DNA of 64,000 nucleotides from Podarcis vaucheri (lineage: Eukaryota): the NCBI GenBank assembly GCA_965113315.1, contig OZ220363.1; one strand, given 5' to 3'. Position 1 is the stretch's first letter, and the number at the start of each line of letters is the position of its first letter. The notes beneath the pieces are model-generated. The model saw nothing but the letters and a program-made list of their open reading frames with translations, was not told the DNA's origin and did not search any database. A program made the position numbers and the translations under genes. Positions 22,831-37,112 of the stretch are shown one piece after another.

Positions 22831-25436
22831 GCTTTAGACTATGGATTCAACCCAATGCTTTTTCCCCATCAAAGTTGTGACAATTTCTATGAGGAAGGCA
22901 AACAGCTTGAAACAGCCCTTACGCTGAATTATATGAGGTTGGTGGCACTGTAAAGCCTGTGTCACATGATGATGAATTCGTTTTCTTTCCTGTCCTTCAC
23001 CATAAGGTCTGAAAGCAGGTTACAAGCATTTTAAAGTCTATATTAAACTGCTTTTAATAAAACAAATAACAGTCATGGGAATAGGATGGGGCCTGCAAAC
23101 ATATATCTTAGGTGTCAAAGGCAGGGTTTCTCTACCCTTGATACAACTGATTGTCTAAAATCTAAAACTAACAGCAGCGCTTGTGTGGATGTAGTGAGCA
23201 AACAACAGAGAGCGCTAAAGAGCAATTGAAGAGGCTTTTATCCAAGAAGATGATTAGTAAGTTGAAAATGTGCCCTCCGGTTCCATTGGAAAGAAATGTG
23301 TTTGAGGAGATGTGAGGAGTTACTAAAGTGCCCTCTGTGGTGCTATTTCTGAAAGGAGACATTTGCGCATATAAGTCATTACTTGATGTGGTAGTCATCA
23401 AGTGGTGAGCATGCATTTATCAACCAAACCCAACTCCAACTGAAAACTATCCTGCACTACTATCTGTCCTGATAAATGTTGTCACCTTGGACTGTGGCTA
23501 TGTGTCTCTTGTCATCCTTCTTCCTGTTGATTTTTCCTATCCATTCGTCATCAAAGTCATTCCCCCCCCAACTCCTCTCTGTCTCCCGCTCTGTCTCCCG
23601 CTCTCTCTATAATTGACAATTCATAACCTGTTACAGTTCTGTTTTTACCCACCTGCTATTTTCCCATTCCTTAGTCTACTGTAAACTTCCTGAAGATTGC
23701 TTTAGAAAATTATTTTACCATCTGCTCTGCACTGCCTGGTATTTGATATCCTGTTAGGGTTTCCTGAACCATCTTTTGCAGCCCAGTCCTATTTGCATGC
23801 ACCAAATTGAGCCAAAAGACAATTAGACAGCAGACGGTGTGTGAGTCCCAGTGCCTTCCCACTGAGTTGGGAATGCCACTATGAAGTCTTCCAGGTAACA
23901 AATGGGCCCGTGTGTGGTCCCTCTCCATTTTCAGCAGATGCAACTCTCCCATCTCGCGAATTAGCAATTAAAACAAAAGATTTCTTTGGGGGTTCAGTCA
24001 AATATGGTTACGTTCTGGAGGCTGCATCCTTCCAAGATCAAAAGATTCTTTGACAATGTGATAATACTTCTCTCTGCTTCACTGCTGAGGAGGGCCTGTT
24101 TTTCTTTCCCCCACCCTCTTCTCCTCCTCCTACTTTAAGTTGGGCCAAAATATGCGCTTCCTTCATGGCATCCTTCACTGTTCCCCCAATTTCTTTAATT
24201 GTCAAGATGCTGTTCTTTTCACAACATGCATATACTTTGTCTACATAATTCTTAATGTTAACTGTTACGGTATAGGTGTTGAGGCAGTAACACCCCAAAT
24301 CTAGACCAATCTGAAGGGTCCTTGCCTTCCCATGGAGACTGGCATCAGGCAGCTATGGCTAATGTCATGATCCCAAGTCGTTCCCCATGTTCCCTCCAAG
24401 CTGTTCCTCATTGGCCAAGCATGTTCTCCGACTGAGCTCTTATTGGTTCGTTTATCTTTTGGGGGGAAGGGGGAGTTAAGCATTTCAGGTTCTGCGTTCT
24501 ACTTATCTCAGCATATCTGAAATGGGAGTGTGAAATTTATTCTCTGTCATGTAGCAAGAGTGGGATGACCTGCCCTGTGCACCGTCTGGAAAGAGACACA
24601 AATGGGCATCAGAGTTCATGAAAGACGAGTTATTCAAATAACACCAGCAACAAAAACCTATGCATGTCAACTCAGAAGTAGGGATGGAGGAGAAATTTGA
24701 GTCAGTATGTGTTTAAAGCTGAAACTGTCCAATTCGTGCTTTCTGAAACATATGCAAACTTAAACACAGCTATCCTTTGAAATTCACACATCTCTGAATT
24801 TTGCAATGTGGTTTTCCAATCAAACACTGTTTAAAAACATGCATATATTATAGGGATGTGTACGTAAAAATAAAGACATTACTGAAAACAGCACACAAAA
24901 TGCATTCTATATGGGGAAATTGATTGAAAAATATCTGCACATTAGTTAAAACCCCATATAAAATGTGTTTATTTGAAGAAATTCACACAATAAAATGCTG
25001 GTGAATTTTCAGGTATTTAAAAAAAAATTTAAATTACTGCAAAATCTGGAGAACTGGATTTATGGTGGCAAAAGGGAGAAACTGGGAGAACTGAAATAGA
25101 CAATTCCTTCTTTCCTTACTCTGAAGTAAGTCCCATTGTAGTCAGTGGGACTTACTCCCAGGTCAGTGTGTAAAGGACTGGAGTCTTATTTACACACTGC
25201 CTTTTGTGTTGGGAATGTGAAGGTTTATCAAAATGCCAAGTGAAAAACCAGACATCAGTGTTCCCACTTTTGGTGAGGACTGAAGGTCAGGTATCATTGC
25301 ATTGTCTCAGTTTCTCATTGGTCTAAAACAGTGCAGCACAAGTATGGTTGGTGGGCAAAGCGGAAATGGCATTGGACAGCAGCCACCGGTAGGTTTTCTG
25401 CACAACAAAGTATGAGCAGAATAGACTAAGTAGTAT

Positions 25437-25638
25437 GAGAAGAAGAAGAAGAGTTTGGATTTGATATCCCGCTTTATCACTACCCAAAGAGGCTAACAAT
25501 CTCCTTTCCCCCCTCCCCCACAACAAACACTCTGTGAGGTTAGTGAGGCCGAGAGACTTCAGAGAAGTATGACTGGCCCAAGGTCACCCAGCAGCTGCAT
25601 GTGGAGGAGTGGAGATGCGAACCCGGTTCACCAGATTA
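25437..25638 (-). mobile_element. Squam3-like SINE, 5'-truncated
   Basis: Highly similar to 4550-4755; (TTC)n tail. Confidence 0.85.
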
Positions 25639-25749
25639 CATCAGGATATAGAATTTCAGTAGCGGAGTTCTTAAAGGTGCACCACCATTCCAAATCCATC
25701 CAAGTACCAGTTTTTGAGAGATGGGGCTAGGAATGAAACCTGTTCTTAT

Positions 25750-25954
25750 TGTAGAGCATGGGAGCTGCCTTATACCAGATTATTGGTCCCTCTGGTTCAG
25801 GATTGTCTTCTTTGACTGGCAGTGGCTCTCCAGGGACTCTGGAAGAGATCTTCCCCACCACCAGCTACTTGATCCTCTGTGCTGAAGACGTCAAAGTTTG
25901 AACCCGGGGCTTTCAGCATTCCATGCCTGTGCTCTACCACTGAGCTATGGCTCC
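25750..25954 (-). mobile_element. Older tRNA-derived SINE (Squam2-like)
   Basis: Minus strand ggagccatagctcagtggtagagca (A box) ... gggttcaaac (B box). Related remnants at ~33140-33292 and ~44670-44760. Confidence 0.7.
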
Positions 25955-28213
25955 AACCTAGAAAAGGCTAGTTACTGTTTATCACAGTGGCTAGAGAGCA
26001 ATGGGTTATACTATTTTGCTCCACACTCAATCCTGGTGAAAACAATAGGCTGCATTCTACTCCTGATCTGAGATCAGTTTTCTGATTTCCATTTCTCATT
26101 TTTTAAGCCTTAAATTCATTTTACCCCACTTCAACAATTTACAATTTTGTTTAAAAGCCTGCATGAAAATATGTGCATATTTTTGTGCTAACTTCCAATA
26201 CATGTTTCTCTGCATGTCTACTTACAAGCAATTTCCCCTAATATAATGAATTTCTGTACATTAGGTTCACTAACATACAATATATTGCACCGACTTCCCC
26301 CAATATGTGCACTTTTGGTTGGATGACTGCATCAAAAAGTGCCGTTTTTGAAGGACAGCTGCTTTTTGCTTCACATCTTGGTTTGGGAAATGCAGATTAG
26401 ATAGGTTGACCTTACAGTGCTAACTGAACAAATTTATCTTCTGTCCCTTTCCAGTGTGCAACCTGCCTCAGTACTCTAAACAAAGAGTTATTTAAACTGG
26501 ATTTATATTTGTTTATTCGTCTTCTCAAAACCTATTTTGCAAAACTATTTTGGAGCTTGACAGTGCTTAATTCTGAGATAGTTAATATGGCAAAGTAACA
26601 ACTCTATATAATTCTTTGTGTGATTCCCGAATGTCAGCAGTGAATCAAGCATCATATTCTGATCAGTAACCTGAATGCAGGGGAAGTTATCTTGTGATTG
26701 TGGGATATATCTAGCCTCATATTACCAACATGCTTAACTCTAATTAATGCACGATGAGTTAAAACAATAGAGTAAGCTGTCCTGTCAGACTTAGCTAGGT
26801 CACACAACCATACCTTGGGAGGAAGGGTTACCAAACTCTCCATTCTCTTTTTCTACCTAGTGAATTCTACCAGTAAGGAGGTGTAAACTAGATGCTTTAA
26901 GCTTAGAATGCGTGGCTTAAGCAATCCATCTTTGTGTTTCTATACAAATAATTTAGAAACTATTGCCACTTTGAAACTCAGTTAAACTGCCTGTCTTTTC
27001 TTGCCACTGTATGGAAAAACATATGAATCTGACCTTTGAAAAGGTTGTAAGTAAACTATTTTTAGCTTACCAAACATGTGGTCTCTTTCTATGCTGAGGG
27101 AAGTGGGGAACATTGGAAGCAACCTAGAAGCAGATATTTTAAAAGCCTAACAGTCTGTATTTCCACCCTCTACTTTGCTGCATGTTTTGTGATTTTAAAA
27201 CATTGGTGTGGCTCGTCCACCTGAGGGCATTTGCTCCAAATTTGGATCTAGGCATGCAGGGAATTCTCCATTGATTTTACCTAACGTTTATTTCCTTTTA
27301 ATCAAAATATAAAAATACTAAAACCAACAATGATCATGCTGAAAACTGCACAAAAACTGCAAAATATCTTAGAGATGCTTCAGGGAGTAGACATGGGAAA
27401 ATATTCTTAAGCAGAGGAAATTACAAAATCTTGAATGTGCATTATATTTTATATTCTCTATCCAGTCAATTACAACTTAACTATGAAGTAGGTGAGGTGG
27501 ATAGAACCTTTCCAAATACTACCCAGGGAGTTTCATGGCTGAACAGGCTTTTGACCTTCATCTCCTTCACACACTGCACAATATTCTATTCATTGCACTA
27601 CAAAGAATACCCAAATAAGACACACACAAAAACTATTTGTCCTGCCTTTCATGTAATTACAAAGCAAACCGGTTTGGGTGCATCACCTCCTAAACAAGTC
27701 CTTTTAAGAAAAATGTATGTTTGTATCATAATGAAGTCTTTGAAAAATAAATAAATCTAAATTTGTTTAACATATAGAGTCTGTAATACAGTGAGTAAAA
27801 CTCTGGGAGCCAGTCCTAGAGGATCTCACAGTGGTAACAGAACTGAAAATATTTTGACAAGATACTCACATGCAGACATCACCAGTAACTGTTTCAAAGC
27901 AAACTTAGAGTCCACTAATCCTTCCATTAGCATTTATCGGCAGCTGATTTCCCCCCCCCCAGCAGCCTCGCTTCTTCTGCAGCAAGAAGGAATTCCGAAA
28001 CTGGGATCAGATCCTAGTGCTCAAATTCCATGACAATTTAATGCAGGACAAGCCTACATTTTCCATTTCTTAGTTTTGAAATATATAGGGTTCCTGCCCC
28101 CCTCAGAGCATGCTTTATTATGCCATATGTCCCTAGCCTACAAAGCTATCTTAAGTGTCTTTGAACTGACGTTCACATCTTCCTTCTCTGGGTGCTCTCA
28201 GATTATAATCATA

Positions 28214-28439
28214 CAGTGGTACCTCAGGTTAAGTACTTAATTCGTTCCGGAGGTCTATTCTTAACCTGAAACTGTTCTTAACCTGAAGCAACGCTTTAGC
28301 TAATGGGGCCTCCTGCTGCCACTGCGCCGCCGGAACACGATTTTTGTTCTTATCCTGAAGCAAAGTTCTTAACGCGAGGTAATATTTCTGGGTTAGCGGA
28401 GTCTGTAACCTGAAGTGTATGCAGCCCGAGGTACCACTG
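28214..28439. mobile_element. MITE family A
   Basis: Both TIRs and TA TSDs intact. Confidence 0.92.
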
Positions 28440-28723
28440 TACCTAGATCCCAGCCACACTATGCATTTAAAACACACAGCTTCACCAAAGTATCCTGGGA
28501 ACTGCAGTTTGTTAAAGGGTGCTTTGAATCAGATCTCTGTGAGGAGTAAACTACAGTTCCCAAGCTTCTTTGAGGAAAGTCGTGTGCTTAAATAGTTTGG
28601 TGTGGCTGTGAATTCAGAGTCAACCCATTGAAACGAATGGAGAAGTAACTGAAATCCACGGATTTCAATGGATCGAAGCATGACTAATGTTGGGCTATCA
28701 CTCACTATTCTTAGGACACATTA

Positions 28724-29074
28724 GATACACAGGTGGCACTGTGGGCTAAACCACAGAGCCTAGGACTTGCCGATCAGAAGGTCGGTGGTTCGAATCCCCA
28801 TGACAGGGTGAGCTCCTGTTGCTCGGTCCCGGCTCCTGCCAACCTAGCAGTTCAAAAGCACGTCAAAGTGCAAGTAGATAAATAGGTACTGCTCCGGTGG
28901 GAAGGTAAACGGCGTTTCCGTGTGCTGCTCTGGTTCGCCAGAAGCGGCTTAGTCATGCTGGCCACATGACCCGGAAGCTGTACGCCGGCTCCCTCGGGCA
29001 ATAAAGCGAGATGAGCGCTGCAACCCCAGAGTAGGCCATGACTGGATCTAATGGTCAGGGGTCCCTTTACCTTT
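28724..29074 (+). mobile_element. Sauria SINE (Squam1/POM-type)
   Basis: tRNA-like A box ggtggcactgtgg, B box ggttcgaatcc, ~350 bp, ACCTTT tail. Confidence 0.92.
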
Positions 29075-32000
29075 TTATACCCTATATATATATATGTGAC
29101 ACATGAGACCCACAGAAATGCACAGTGAGAAACTACTGTAGCCACCACAAAGCCCTTGGCAGAACGGCAGCGCCATTTATTCTCAGTCTACGTTTTCCAC
29201 TCTCTTCCTTTAATCCCGAAATGTCTGTATTTCCTCTAACTCTCTTTCCTCAAAAAAAACCCAACCCTGAATAATAAACCACGCTGGAAAGCAGTGATGT
29301 TGCTAAGGCTTACCATTTGGGGTGGCAGATGGGGTGATAAGCACAACGTTTGTGGGGGTGGAGGGTAATGGTCCCTATCACTCTGTACCCACTAAGTGTA
29401 TTTTTAGCATTAAAATAATCATGCAGCAATTGGGTGGAAATGAGAGCCGTGTTTTATTATCTGGAAATTACACCCTTCGTGGAAATAACAATATTGAGAA
29501 ACCGATCATATGCAAAATTAAGACTCGAGCTCAGTTATGATGGCGGCGTTATATTTTCAATGGGAGTAGCCCTCCTGCTATACAGAGTGCATCTGTTTGG
29601 CAAAGGTTGAAAGTTAAGTATGGGGTATTAGGTGTGGAGGCAGTGAAAATAATGCCTATGGGGATATGGCAGGGGAAGAGCAAAATGAGAGGTGGTTGTG
29701 CTTTTGGATCACTCTGTCATCATACTGTGTGTCCGAAGTCTCTCTGTGTGAGTTTCATTCGCTTCATACGACAGCTGAACCCATTTGATAAACCAGTATA
29801 AAACACAACTGGACGTTGCCCCTTCATAAATACAGCTTCTATACTCAGTAGCATTTTGAATCAAGTCAGATACCTAGAACATCAGAAGATTCCAGACAGA
29901 GCCCAGTACAAGTCACAGAGCAACAGAACACATAAGGTGAATCCTTTCTTTGCCAAATGATCAACTATTTGCTAAAATAGTTTGCTAAAATATATAAAAC
30001 AATTTGCTAAAATATCAACTATTCCTCCCCCCCAACTCTTTTGCTGTGTGTACCTTTTGTACCTACCTGTGATTACATTGCCTCTTCATTATATCTGACC
30101 TATGATAGCTGAACATCCCTGCAGAGCTTGTTCTAAAATATTTTCAACAGAGAGAGAGAGAGAGAATAGGATTCAGCGTTTGGTATTATACTGCTGTCCA
30201 GTGTGATTGCTTTGCCATTCAGAACACAATAAATTTAAGTAATTAAACATGGTAGACCTTTGAATCAAAAAGGCAAAGCATACATGAAGAATATTAATTA
30301 AAATAAAATAATAGCCAAGTCCCTCTAGACTCCTCAGTAACATATTCTCCTTGATCTGGGATTAGAGTCTCTTCAATTCATTCCTACGCAGAATTAGGTG
30401 TGCAAAATCAATTGATTTCAAAGGGTTAGGCACACTTAAACCGGCATTGGATTGGGCTGCTTTTTTAAGTTCTTTATTTGAGAGCTCTTTTCATAGGGTG
30501 CCAAGAAGCTAACAAATTTATATTGTTTGTACCTTACTCCTCTTTTAATTCAGCATAATATGGTGTGTGCTTCTGTAGGTCGCTCGGAAAGCTCTTCTCC
30601 CTTCTTAACATGATTATATTGTGCCTAACATTTCGAGAAGGAAATATTTCTTTGTGCCTTACACCACACATTATGCGCAGAGCACAATGTGCAAAACTGC
30701 TAATAATCACATATAATCATTACTTCTGAATCTTGATTCCCAATCTTTTTCTTTGACGTCGGTGACTATTGTCCACATTAAAACCGACACACCCTTATAG
30801 GTAAAAATAAAATCCTTGTTTTAATAAGGGATGGACAAGAATCTGGACGAAAGGGACGAAAGGGATGGACGAAAATGCAAGCACACACACACACACACAA
30901 ATATAGAAGCAGATTTGTTTTGACAGCCTATTATGCCACAAAAATCATTATGAGCGTAAGCTACAGCTCAGCGCATCAGCTTAGAGACTGTAAATCCCTG
31001 GACCATAGTTAAATACATTTGCAGTAAGCCGTGAAAAGCTGAACAAAACCCAGTTGGTTCTTAGCAGCTCAACACTGCAATTTACTTTTGAAAGAAAAAA
31101 AAGGGGGGGAGAAAACCACCCCTAAAACAACATTTTAAACTTTTTGCAAAACAGAAATTTTCTTTGCATATACTGTTAAGTGACCACACTTTTATTTTGC
31201 AATGAGAGACCAGATCTGGCACTACATATTTTGGCAGCTCCTCATACGAAACTGAACAAACAGTTTCTTAAGTGATGCTTGGAAGACAAATCTGGAAAAG
31301 ATTCAGATCTATTTAAATGGATGCATACTTGCTGTCATTTTGGGAATTGTTAAATATGATATTTTATTTCTGTGATCATTCTGAGGGTGGAAAACGTAAA
31401 GAAATCAATGAAAAATGCATACAGTAGATCAAGATAGCCAAGGCTGTTATAGTTCATTTATTGTTTCATTTAAATAATACATGATTTTTCCATTTTAGAT
31501 GCTCAAGGTGGCTTGTATATGCCATGAAACAAATAAGTAGGTTCCTGTGTTCCTCACTGAGTTCACCTGAGCAACTGTGTTATGTAGCAGTTAGTCACCA
31601 AGCCTGATGCAATTCCCTTGCGTGCATACTAAGACTTTTCATCCAAAAGTCTCATCCATACGACTTCTCTTTAGATGGCACCTTGACCCAAGGCTGGTCT
31701 CTGGACAGCTTCATTTGGACAAATACCATAGTACAGTGTTATCAAGAAGTGGAAATGAATGTCCATATCCATGTCAACATAGTATCCAATGTGAACAAAT
31801 GCATGAGCACATTGGCTCCCATCACTGATGGGATCCGGCTTAAGGATAGCTCTGGATGTGCAATGCTGTTTCCATACATAAAAAGGATCACTGGATCCAG
31901 ATGACGTTATAATGGAAATACCCTAGGAGACAGCCTGTGTGGACTCCCACCAGTCCCAGCCATGTCAGGGATGATGGGCATTGCAGTCCCACAACATCTA

Positions 32001-34776
32001 GAGGGCTGAAAGTCCCCTGTCCCAGCCTTTAGCATGTTTAAACAGGGGGAAGTCCCACGGAATTCAATCCTATTAAGTTTCTGCTAAGCGAGCTTGAGAT
32101 TGCAGCTGTAATGTTACGGCGGGTCCTGCAGCCTCATTTGTTCTGTTGCTGTCACTGATGGAGTTGCCCAGTGGTTGCCTACAGCAGCCTTCCTGAAACT
32201 GGTTGCCCTCCATACGATTTAGACTACATCTAATTTGCTGACCAGCCTGGCCAATGGCCAGCAAAGATGGGAACTGTAGTCTCAAACATCTGGAAGGTGG
32301 CAGGTTGAGAAATGCTGGTCTGCAGCTCCCATGCTCACCAAAAGGATGCATTCACTTTCAGGAATGCTTTCTTAGAAACTCTTGCTGGAGCACCATCCAT
32401 CACAATATGCGGATGACAACCCCATCACCACTTTCTGCTGAGCAAGTACCTTCGAGTGACATAAAACACCATCAGACCGAGGGATCATTCTACGTTCCTT
32501 TTGTTCTTTGTAGCCTTCATTTCGTCCCAGCGTCATGTACAAAATGTCTCCGCAATGGCACCTTTCTTGACCATTCCATCCACTTCAGGTGAGAAGCTTC
32601 TTCATCAGAAAGTGGGAACGAAGGAAAGATGGAAAATTTCCATTGTCTCCTAAAATGTGTTGTCTATTGGCAAAGCCAACACAAAAGAAAGACGATGTAA
32701 TGCAGCAACAGCTTCTAATTCAGCATGAGGTCTTCCTAGACAAGGAGGTTTCATTGTGCTGGCATTTGGTCATGCTAGCCAAAGCAGCCAACTGGCTCTG
32801 GCTTCAGTATTTTGACACATCGTATGAAATTTATCTTTACAATAGATTCCGCATTTTCAGTGGTGTAAAAAAAAAAAAAAAAAAGCGGGGGGGAGGAGGA
32901 AGGAGCCTTTGGCATTTCAAAAAAAGAAGAAGTTTTTTAAAAAATAATAATAATAAAAATCTTGTTCTCCTGGCTGAAAGAAAATCTTGGCATCATGACT
33001 ACAGTTTGTGTCCCAAAGGCCCAGCAACAAGCCGGCAAATTAAAGCATCTCCAAAATCGTGGGGTTTTTTAAATAAAAAAAACCCCTCAGTATTTTAAAC
33101 CAGTGTTATGCATTTGGAGATGTGATTTTTCAGTATCTGGGACCTAGGAAGCTGCCTTGCATTGAGACCATTCATCCTCCCATCTCAGTATCCTCTATCC
33201 TGACCGGCAAAAATCTTTTCTGGCCCTACCTAGAGACTAAACTTGGAATCTTTTTATGCACGATAGATCCTCTCCCATCCTTAAGCTATGGTCCTTTGTC
33301 CAAACGACCTTGCAAGATAATCAAAAGCTTGGGATGAACAGCAGGTTGAAAGCTATGCAGGTTTGTGGCCACCACCACATCTTAATGGCAACAAATTTCA
33401 TAGTTAAACTATGATGGCCAATGTGATACCTGCAGGTGCATATGAACCTACAGAGACCTTCCCTGGCACACACTGGCCCCTCTCCCTGCTGAAATTAGGG
33501 TTGAAGTGTGTGGTACCCATGACAGATTCTCGAGATTGCCAATGTGTTCACAGGCCCAAAAAGTTTGGCAGTCCCTGAATAACGTATACACTATTGTAAG
33601 GATGTGTCCCGTCTTGTCTCTGTGTTGCTGCAGATGTGCACATGTTGTATTTACAATGGGTCTATTGTAAAGTAGTATACTTGTGATGTTTGAGACAGAC
33701 CAGAAGAGAAGACAGGGCCACAATAATTTATAAACCTACATATTTTTTAAATGTCCCGCAGTGCAGGTGAAAGCGGGACGGGCAGATTGTGCTGATAAGC
33801 ATGTCTCAGAAGGCACAGCACTGTTCTGAACCTGGGCACCCAGAGACAATTTCTAGGGAAGCCACAATTCACCTTAATACTGGCAAGTCCACTGCAGTCT
33901 CTGTCCCAAGTTACAGCTAACTTTCCAGCACTGACCTGGAGTAGACCTGTTCCCATAAATAGGGACTGTGTTGTTTCCTTTATGTGAGTTCCCACACTGT
34001 GCTAGGGGAGGGAGTCAGAGAAAAGAATTCCTTGCTCTTCTCCCCTTTTCCCTGTTCACGGCTGGTGTCTTCTGCTCCTTCAAAGTATTGTTGTTTTATT
34101 TTTCTGGTTTTACTCCTTTTATGGATGCTGGTATATGTGTAAATCCTCTTGTGCTCAGGTCCTGCCTGCCAGCTTTGCATAGGCATCTGGTTGGAGAGAA
34201 CTGAGTGAAGGCTTTTAATGGATAGTTAAGCAGCCATTTAAGGTTCGGCAGAGTGTTCTCTGGCATTTTAACTTTACAAAATCATAATGTTGCAAACTGA
34301 ACTAACCAAACCAAGGTCATTAAGATTTGCACACAAAAATGGGGGAAAAATAAATAATTGGCCAACATTCTCTGATTTGTAAATTGGAATGCAGATATCT
34401 GGATATGAATTCACATGGTGAGAGTGAAATGTTCAGCTCAAAAATTATCATGCGCTTTAGACATGTTTTGATTGTGACAGGTGTGGAATCTCTCAGCTGT
34501 TTATCGTCATCATCATTATTACCATTATTACCATTCTACATGCCACTGATCGTAAAAATGAAGAAGCTCAAAGTGGCTTACAAATACTAAATGCCCTTAT
34601 TATCTTTTTACCTATTTAATTCATAAAAGTGTTTCTATACCACTGTATACAGACTATAAAATGTTATTTAAAATTAAAATAAATAAATAATATAGATAGG
34701 CAGGTGACTGACAAATCAAAAATTAAACAACTACATAGGTTTGCACCAAAAAGTCTTCAAGAGATGTCTGAAAGTA

Positions 34777-34778
<2 letters not shown>

Positions 34779-34822
<44 letters not shown>

Positions 34823-34925
34823 TCTTTATTGTCATTGCCCCCTTCGGGGACAACGAAATTACATATTGTGATAAAATCACAATATAAAAATACTAAAAAT
34901 AAAACAAATAAAACAAGAACAACTA
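34779..34925 (-). mobile_element. Rex1/Babar-like LINE 3' tail with (ATT)n
   Basis: Minus strand: aatttcgttgtccccgaagggggcaatgacaataaagat(att)n, i.e. stem-loop, AATAAA and microsatellite. Confidence 0.55.
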
Positions 34926-35177
34926 AATAAACGAGAGTGCCTGCCAAAGCTCTGCTGGAAGAGTGTTCTGTAGCATGGACCAATGCTCGACTTCTTGAGG
35001 CCAGGCAGCCAGAATTTTGTAGCATGGGGGGGGGCTACTAATAGTGTTCCTCCAGGTCAAGCTGTCCTTAAGGCATCCTCTGCATGCTCTCCATCAAAAA
35101 CTTGTTATACTGCAATCTTTTATATGTCTTGTTAGAAGAAAACCCGATTGAATTCAATGGGATTGAATCCCAGGTAG

Positions 35178-35808
35178 GGAAAGATGCATCTAGCCATATC
35201 CATTTAGTTTCTCATTTTTCCAATATTAACTTCCACCCTCCAGATTTCAACATCAGTTTGTGATTTCTTTTTTTTCATTTTTAAGTCCTTGTGAAAATTC
35301 ACCAGCATTTCAGTGCTAATTTCTCCTAATAGTCACACCTTTGCATGCAATTTTTCCAAATGCACCCATTTTTGCAAAGATATTTCCCGGTCTGCATCTG
35401 TATTGGAAGTGTTTTGTGTTTTGGCTGCCCCCGGGCCCCTTCAGAAGGAAGGGCAGGATATAAATTTAAAAGATGGTGATGATGATACATGTCACTAATA
35501 TGCATCTTATGCACAATTTGCCCCTGTATATGCATTTTTATGCACATTGCTGTACTTGTCTGGCTTGACAACCATATGTCAGGAGTGCTCTGATGGTGTT
35601 TCCTGCTTGGCAGGGGGTTGGACTCGATGGCCCTTGTGGTCTATTCCAACTCTATGATTCTATGATTCTATGAATCGCACAGTAAAATTCAGAGACATGC
35701 ACATTTTGAAGGGAGGCTGTCCTTCCATGTGTGTATTGTTTCAGAAGTGAAAATTAGGTGGGTTCGCATTTAAATGCAAATTGAATTGACTTTCTCTTCC
35801 CTCCCTAC
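35178..35808. repeat. Old AT-rich interspersed element; related copies at ~24680-25118 and 26045-26450
   Basis: Shared motifs gtgaaaattcaccagcatt, tttgaagg(g)a..gctgt, tttaaa.gcaaa.tgaa in three copies. Confidence 0.55.
35562..35673 (+). mobile_element. 5'-truncated CR1 3' end, same young family as the full-length copy
   Basis: Nearly identical to 18955-19068, ending in (ATTCTATG)n. Confidence 0.93.
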
Positions 35809-36044
35809 TCCCAAGCAACTATGTACAGGAGGGACAGCTAACCAACAGCCCATGGACCAGATCTGCCCAAAGGTTTTTGCACAACCAACCCCAAGAATTT
35901 GCCATTTTTTTATTTAAAAATTATTATTTTACTGGGTGGGGGGAGACTGTTCTTCTGAGGTGTCCCAGGCCACAGTGAGACTGCACAGCTAATTCTCCGC
36001 TGGCCCAAGTAGGACTAATTCATCCAGTTAGCCCTGGCGACTAT

Positions 36045-36211
36045 CTAATGCTTATTAGTTGGTTTCCCCTCAAATTGATTTCTGAACTTTATTGTTATTC
36101 ATGTTTTTATACTGTATTTTATGCTGCTTCTACAATTAAGTGTTTTAAATTCGTTGTTAGCTGCCCTGAGCCCGGTTTTCTGAACTGGGAAGGGCAGGGT
36201 ATAAATAAGAA

Positions 36212-36245
<34 letters not shown>
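36045..36245 (+). mobile_element. L2-like LINE 3' tail with (TTA)n
   Basis: AT-rich UTR, gctgccctgagc...gggcagggtataaat, then a TTA microsatellite. Confidence 0.55.
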
Positions 36246-36246
<1 letters not shown>

Positions 36247-36934
36247 TGCTATCATTCTGTGACGGTCCCACAAGCCTTCCAAAAATTGGTCCGTCCCCCC
36301 CTTGACTCACCTTGCCACAGCATCTCTTCTCTCCCTGGTACAGCTACACCGCAAGAAGATCCTGGGGCTCAGGAGACAGGAAGGAGAGCCCCACGGAGGA
36401 TTGCAGCTTTGGATGCCAAACAAAATCCTGCTGCACACTAGTTTTCAAATACAGTCGGACCTTAACTTTCAAGCCTGTACAAAACAACATGAGATGCTGC
36501 TGGTCAAATACCAGATATCTTTCTTCATGCAAGCTCTCTCAACATTGCAGAGACAGGCACTCTCCCCCCACCAAGCCTCCCTGGTTTTTGATTTTAGGAT
36601 GTTAAAAGATTTCCTTTTTTAGGCAATTCAGTGGAAACAGCAACAAGGCAGTACAAAAAAGAAGCATGCTGTCTTCAAAAGGCAGGTGTCTATCGGTTAT
36701 CGAAACTTGGATACTGAGCACACAAAATGGGAAACATGTTGAATATGCAGAGAATATCTGAGGAACATTTCTCATCCGAATTCGTATAGGAGAATTCTGA
36801 GGAGAATCTTCCAGAAGCAAATTCTGCTCTCATGAACAAGGCAACTTCTGGTTTACTTAGGCAAACTGGGGTCAGGGGAAGCCAGTCCTTATTGTTTCAA
36901 AAACAAACACAGGAGTACTTTTAAAAGGGGACAG

Positions 36935-37112
36935 ATCCACACCCTATATTTAAAGCACACCCAATGCACATTTAGAGCACATAGCTTCACCTAAAGAATC
37001 CTGTGAACTGTAGTTGCCCCTTGCAGCGCTACAATTTCCAGTGTCCTGAACAAAGCACAGTTCCCAGAATTCTTTGGGAGACATCATGTGCTTTAAATGT
37101 ATGGTGTATGCA
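36935..37112. repeat. Palindromic MITE, possibly PIF/Harbinger-derived
   Basis: cacacc...tttaaagcaca / tgtgctttaaatgtatggtg arms. Related copies at ~20185-20340, 28445-28605, 51848-52005 and 59100-59255. Confidence 0.55.

Noticed and set aside
25122-25160. Hairpin gtaagtcccattg...cagtggggacttac as a miRNA precursor
   Set aside because: Recurs as degenerate copies (~28620, 35145, 39462, 43508), so it is an old palindromic repeat; too short for a pre-miRNA.
32589-33098. 169-aa Lys-rich ORF
   Set aside because: Driven by poly-A and poly-G runs; low complexity.
34835-34853. Hairpin with C(UUCG)G tetraloop suggesting an ncRNA or terminator
   Set aside because: It is the 3' stem-loop of a LINE tail oriented on the opposite strand.
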